A stretch of 64,000 nucleotides of DNA from Leptogorgia sarmentosa. Its lineage: Eukaryota. The stretch covers positions 23,312,001 through 23,376,000 of the forward strand of contig OZ210885.1 in NCBI GenBank assembly GCA_964658305.1. The letters are read 5' to 3'. The position numbers were made by a program, and so were the translations under genes. The notes beneath the pieces were generated by a model. The model was not told where the DNA came from. It ran no database searches and saw nothing but the letters and a program-made list of their open reading frames with translations. This document shows positions 62,491 to 64,000 of the stretch, one piece after another (within the stretch, counting starts at the first letter, position 1; each line of letters opens with the position of its first letter).

Positions 62491-62746
62491 AGTTCACAGA
62501 CTATGTTACAACCATCCATTAAAGATACTCAAAGATAGGTAAGTAGATATAACTAGATAATAGATATGAATGATTTCGTTTGTACCTGTTGCAAGATCGA
62601 GGGAAAAATAGCTGCCTATTTCGTTAAAAGCGGCTTTACAATCTTTGTAAGACGTACCAGTATTCCCGTTGCTGTCAGTGTGATAAAACTCTGTGAAATA
62701 TTCAACTTTGGGTATGTCCCATCGGCGTGGGCTCTCCCTATATATA

Positions 62747-63332
62747 CAGGGTGTCTTAAAAAAAAGGTAATCAAACTTTGGCATGCCATTATGCATTAAC
62801 TACTGGGTGTATGAAGGTAATTTTTGCATGGTCATAAAGATCAGGGTCTCGGCTGTTGAATGATATGTTTTTTGTGTCATTATGAGCAAAGCAGAACGAA
62901 TATGAGAGCGATTAAAATTGACGGTCAAAATTGCATATTTTCATCTCTGTGCCTAATTAAAGCAGTGCATAACAAAAGAAAAATGCAATTCATCACGAAT
63001 GTGTCATGGTAACCAAGATTTTATCAGGATTATTAATAATTATGCATAATCAGGTCGTTTGTTGAAGGGGAGGTCGTCATCTTCAAGTCCCAGAGGAAGT
63101 TTATTTTGAATAAGTTTAGCTGGAATTCTCAGGGGTGAAAATATGCGATTTCGACCAACGATTTTTAATAGACTCATATGTGCTCCCTTTTACTCAGAAT
63201 GGCACAAAAAACTTGTCGTTCAACAGCTAATAACTTGCTCTTTGTGGCCATATAAATATTACGTTCATTCACCCAGCAAATAGCACTCAATGGCGTGTCA
63301 AAGTTGGATTACCTTTTTTTTGAGACACCCTG
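62747..63332. mobile_element. Tc1/mariner-like MITE
   Basis: TIR CAGGGTGTCT(T/C)AAAAAAAAGGTAATC.AACTTTG at both ends with a TA TSD. Confidence 0.85.
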
Positions 63333-64000
63333 TACTGCATCGCGGGTAAAAAACAAAACGAAATATAGTGCTAGTGATTACGCCAGTAACTACATTCACC
63401 AAGCAAATCTCCAACAATTTATTTGAAGTTTGGTTTTCAACACGAAAGTTAAGAATGTATGCACACAATCATGTACCGGGTGTCGGTTTGATTCGTAATA
63501 ACTTTTGAACGAGTGAAGCTATTAAACAAAAAAAACTCAACGTAGATAGAGAGGAGACTAACTTAGATTTTGATATATCACACTTGTATTTCACTTTGAC
63601 GTTGACTGAGATATTGTTCAAAATGAAGAGGATATTTCTGGATGTGTGTGAAATATGCAAAAAATGGCGTATCAAATTAACTGAACGTTATTCAAATAGT
63701 TTGTTTAGTTGGGGCAGGAATATTACCCCAACGACCCGGCCATCGTCTTCAAACTTCTGCTGCATTTCCACATCTTCCATGCTCTTGGCATGTTTAACAT
63801 AAACTCGGAATGAAACACAATCAAACCATAACTCCATGCATGCATAAGACATAATTATAACTCCCCTGGGACATCCAACATTTTGGGGAAAAATGTTTTA
63901 AGAAATGCTGTAATGTTAATTTGCATTCCTATATCACTTACAAACCTGAGTAATAATTTATAGAAATATAAGTCACCCCAATGTGTGTTCAAGTTGAGCA

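Noticed and set aside
62500..63830. Possible host exons on the minus strand (about 62580-62735 and 63727-63810)
   Set aside because: They are short and show no recognisable domain. They cannot be supported without transcript data.

Overview
This is AT-rich eukaryotic DNA with GT-AG introns, probably from a marine invertebrate (cnidarian-like repeat content; this is an inference). It consists almost entirely of nested mobile elements, and I found no intact ordinary host gene. Elements bounded by visible terminal repeats and target-site duplications (TSDs) are: an IS3EU-type DNA transposon (1090-9651, 6-bp TSD), a DD37E Tc1-like element, a young full-length BEL/Pao LTR retrotransposon (21967-29183), a Kolobok element (37420-46271), a second TTAA-flanked element, a Sola3 element (48536-53061), a solo LTR and several MITE families. 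There are also decayed Gypsy, DIRS, Penelope-like and Polinton/Maverick remnants (major capsid protein and a protein-primed PolB split by two insertions), and a RecQ-helicase gene that probably belongs to a transposon. The main observation is three IS3EU-type units with TATG.. termini, each carrying a different post-translational-modification enzyme on the minus strand: a CUE+HECT ubiquitin ligase, an intronless Ig-like+Ser/Thr kinase, and an alpha-kinase. In two units the cargo converges on a rve-type transposase; the third unit has lost its transposase. Other notable items are a TDP-43-N-terminal-like domain gene fragment and a minimal hammerhead ribozyme. All family assignments come from motifs recognised by eye; no database search was run.
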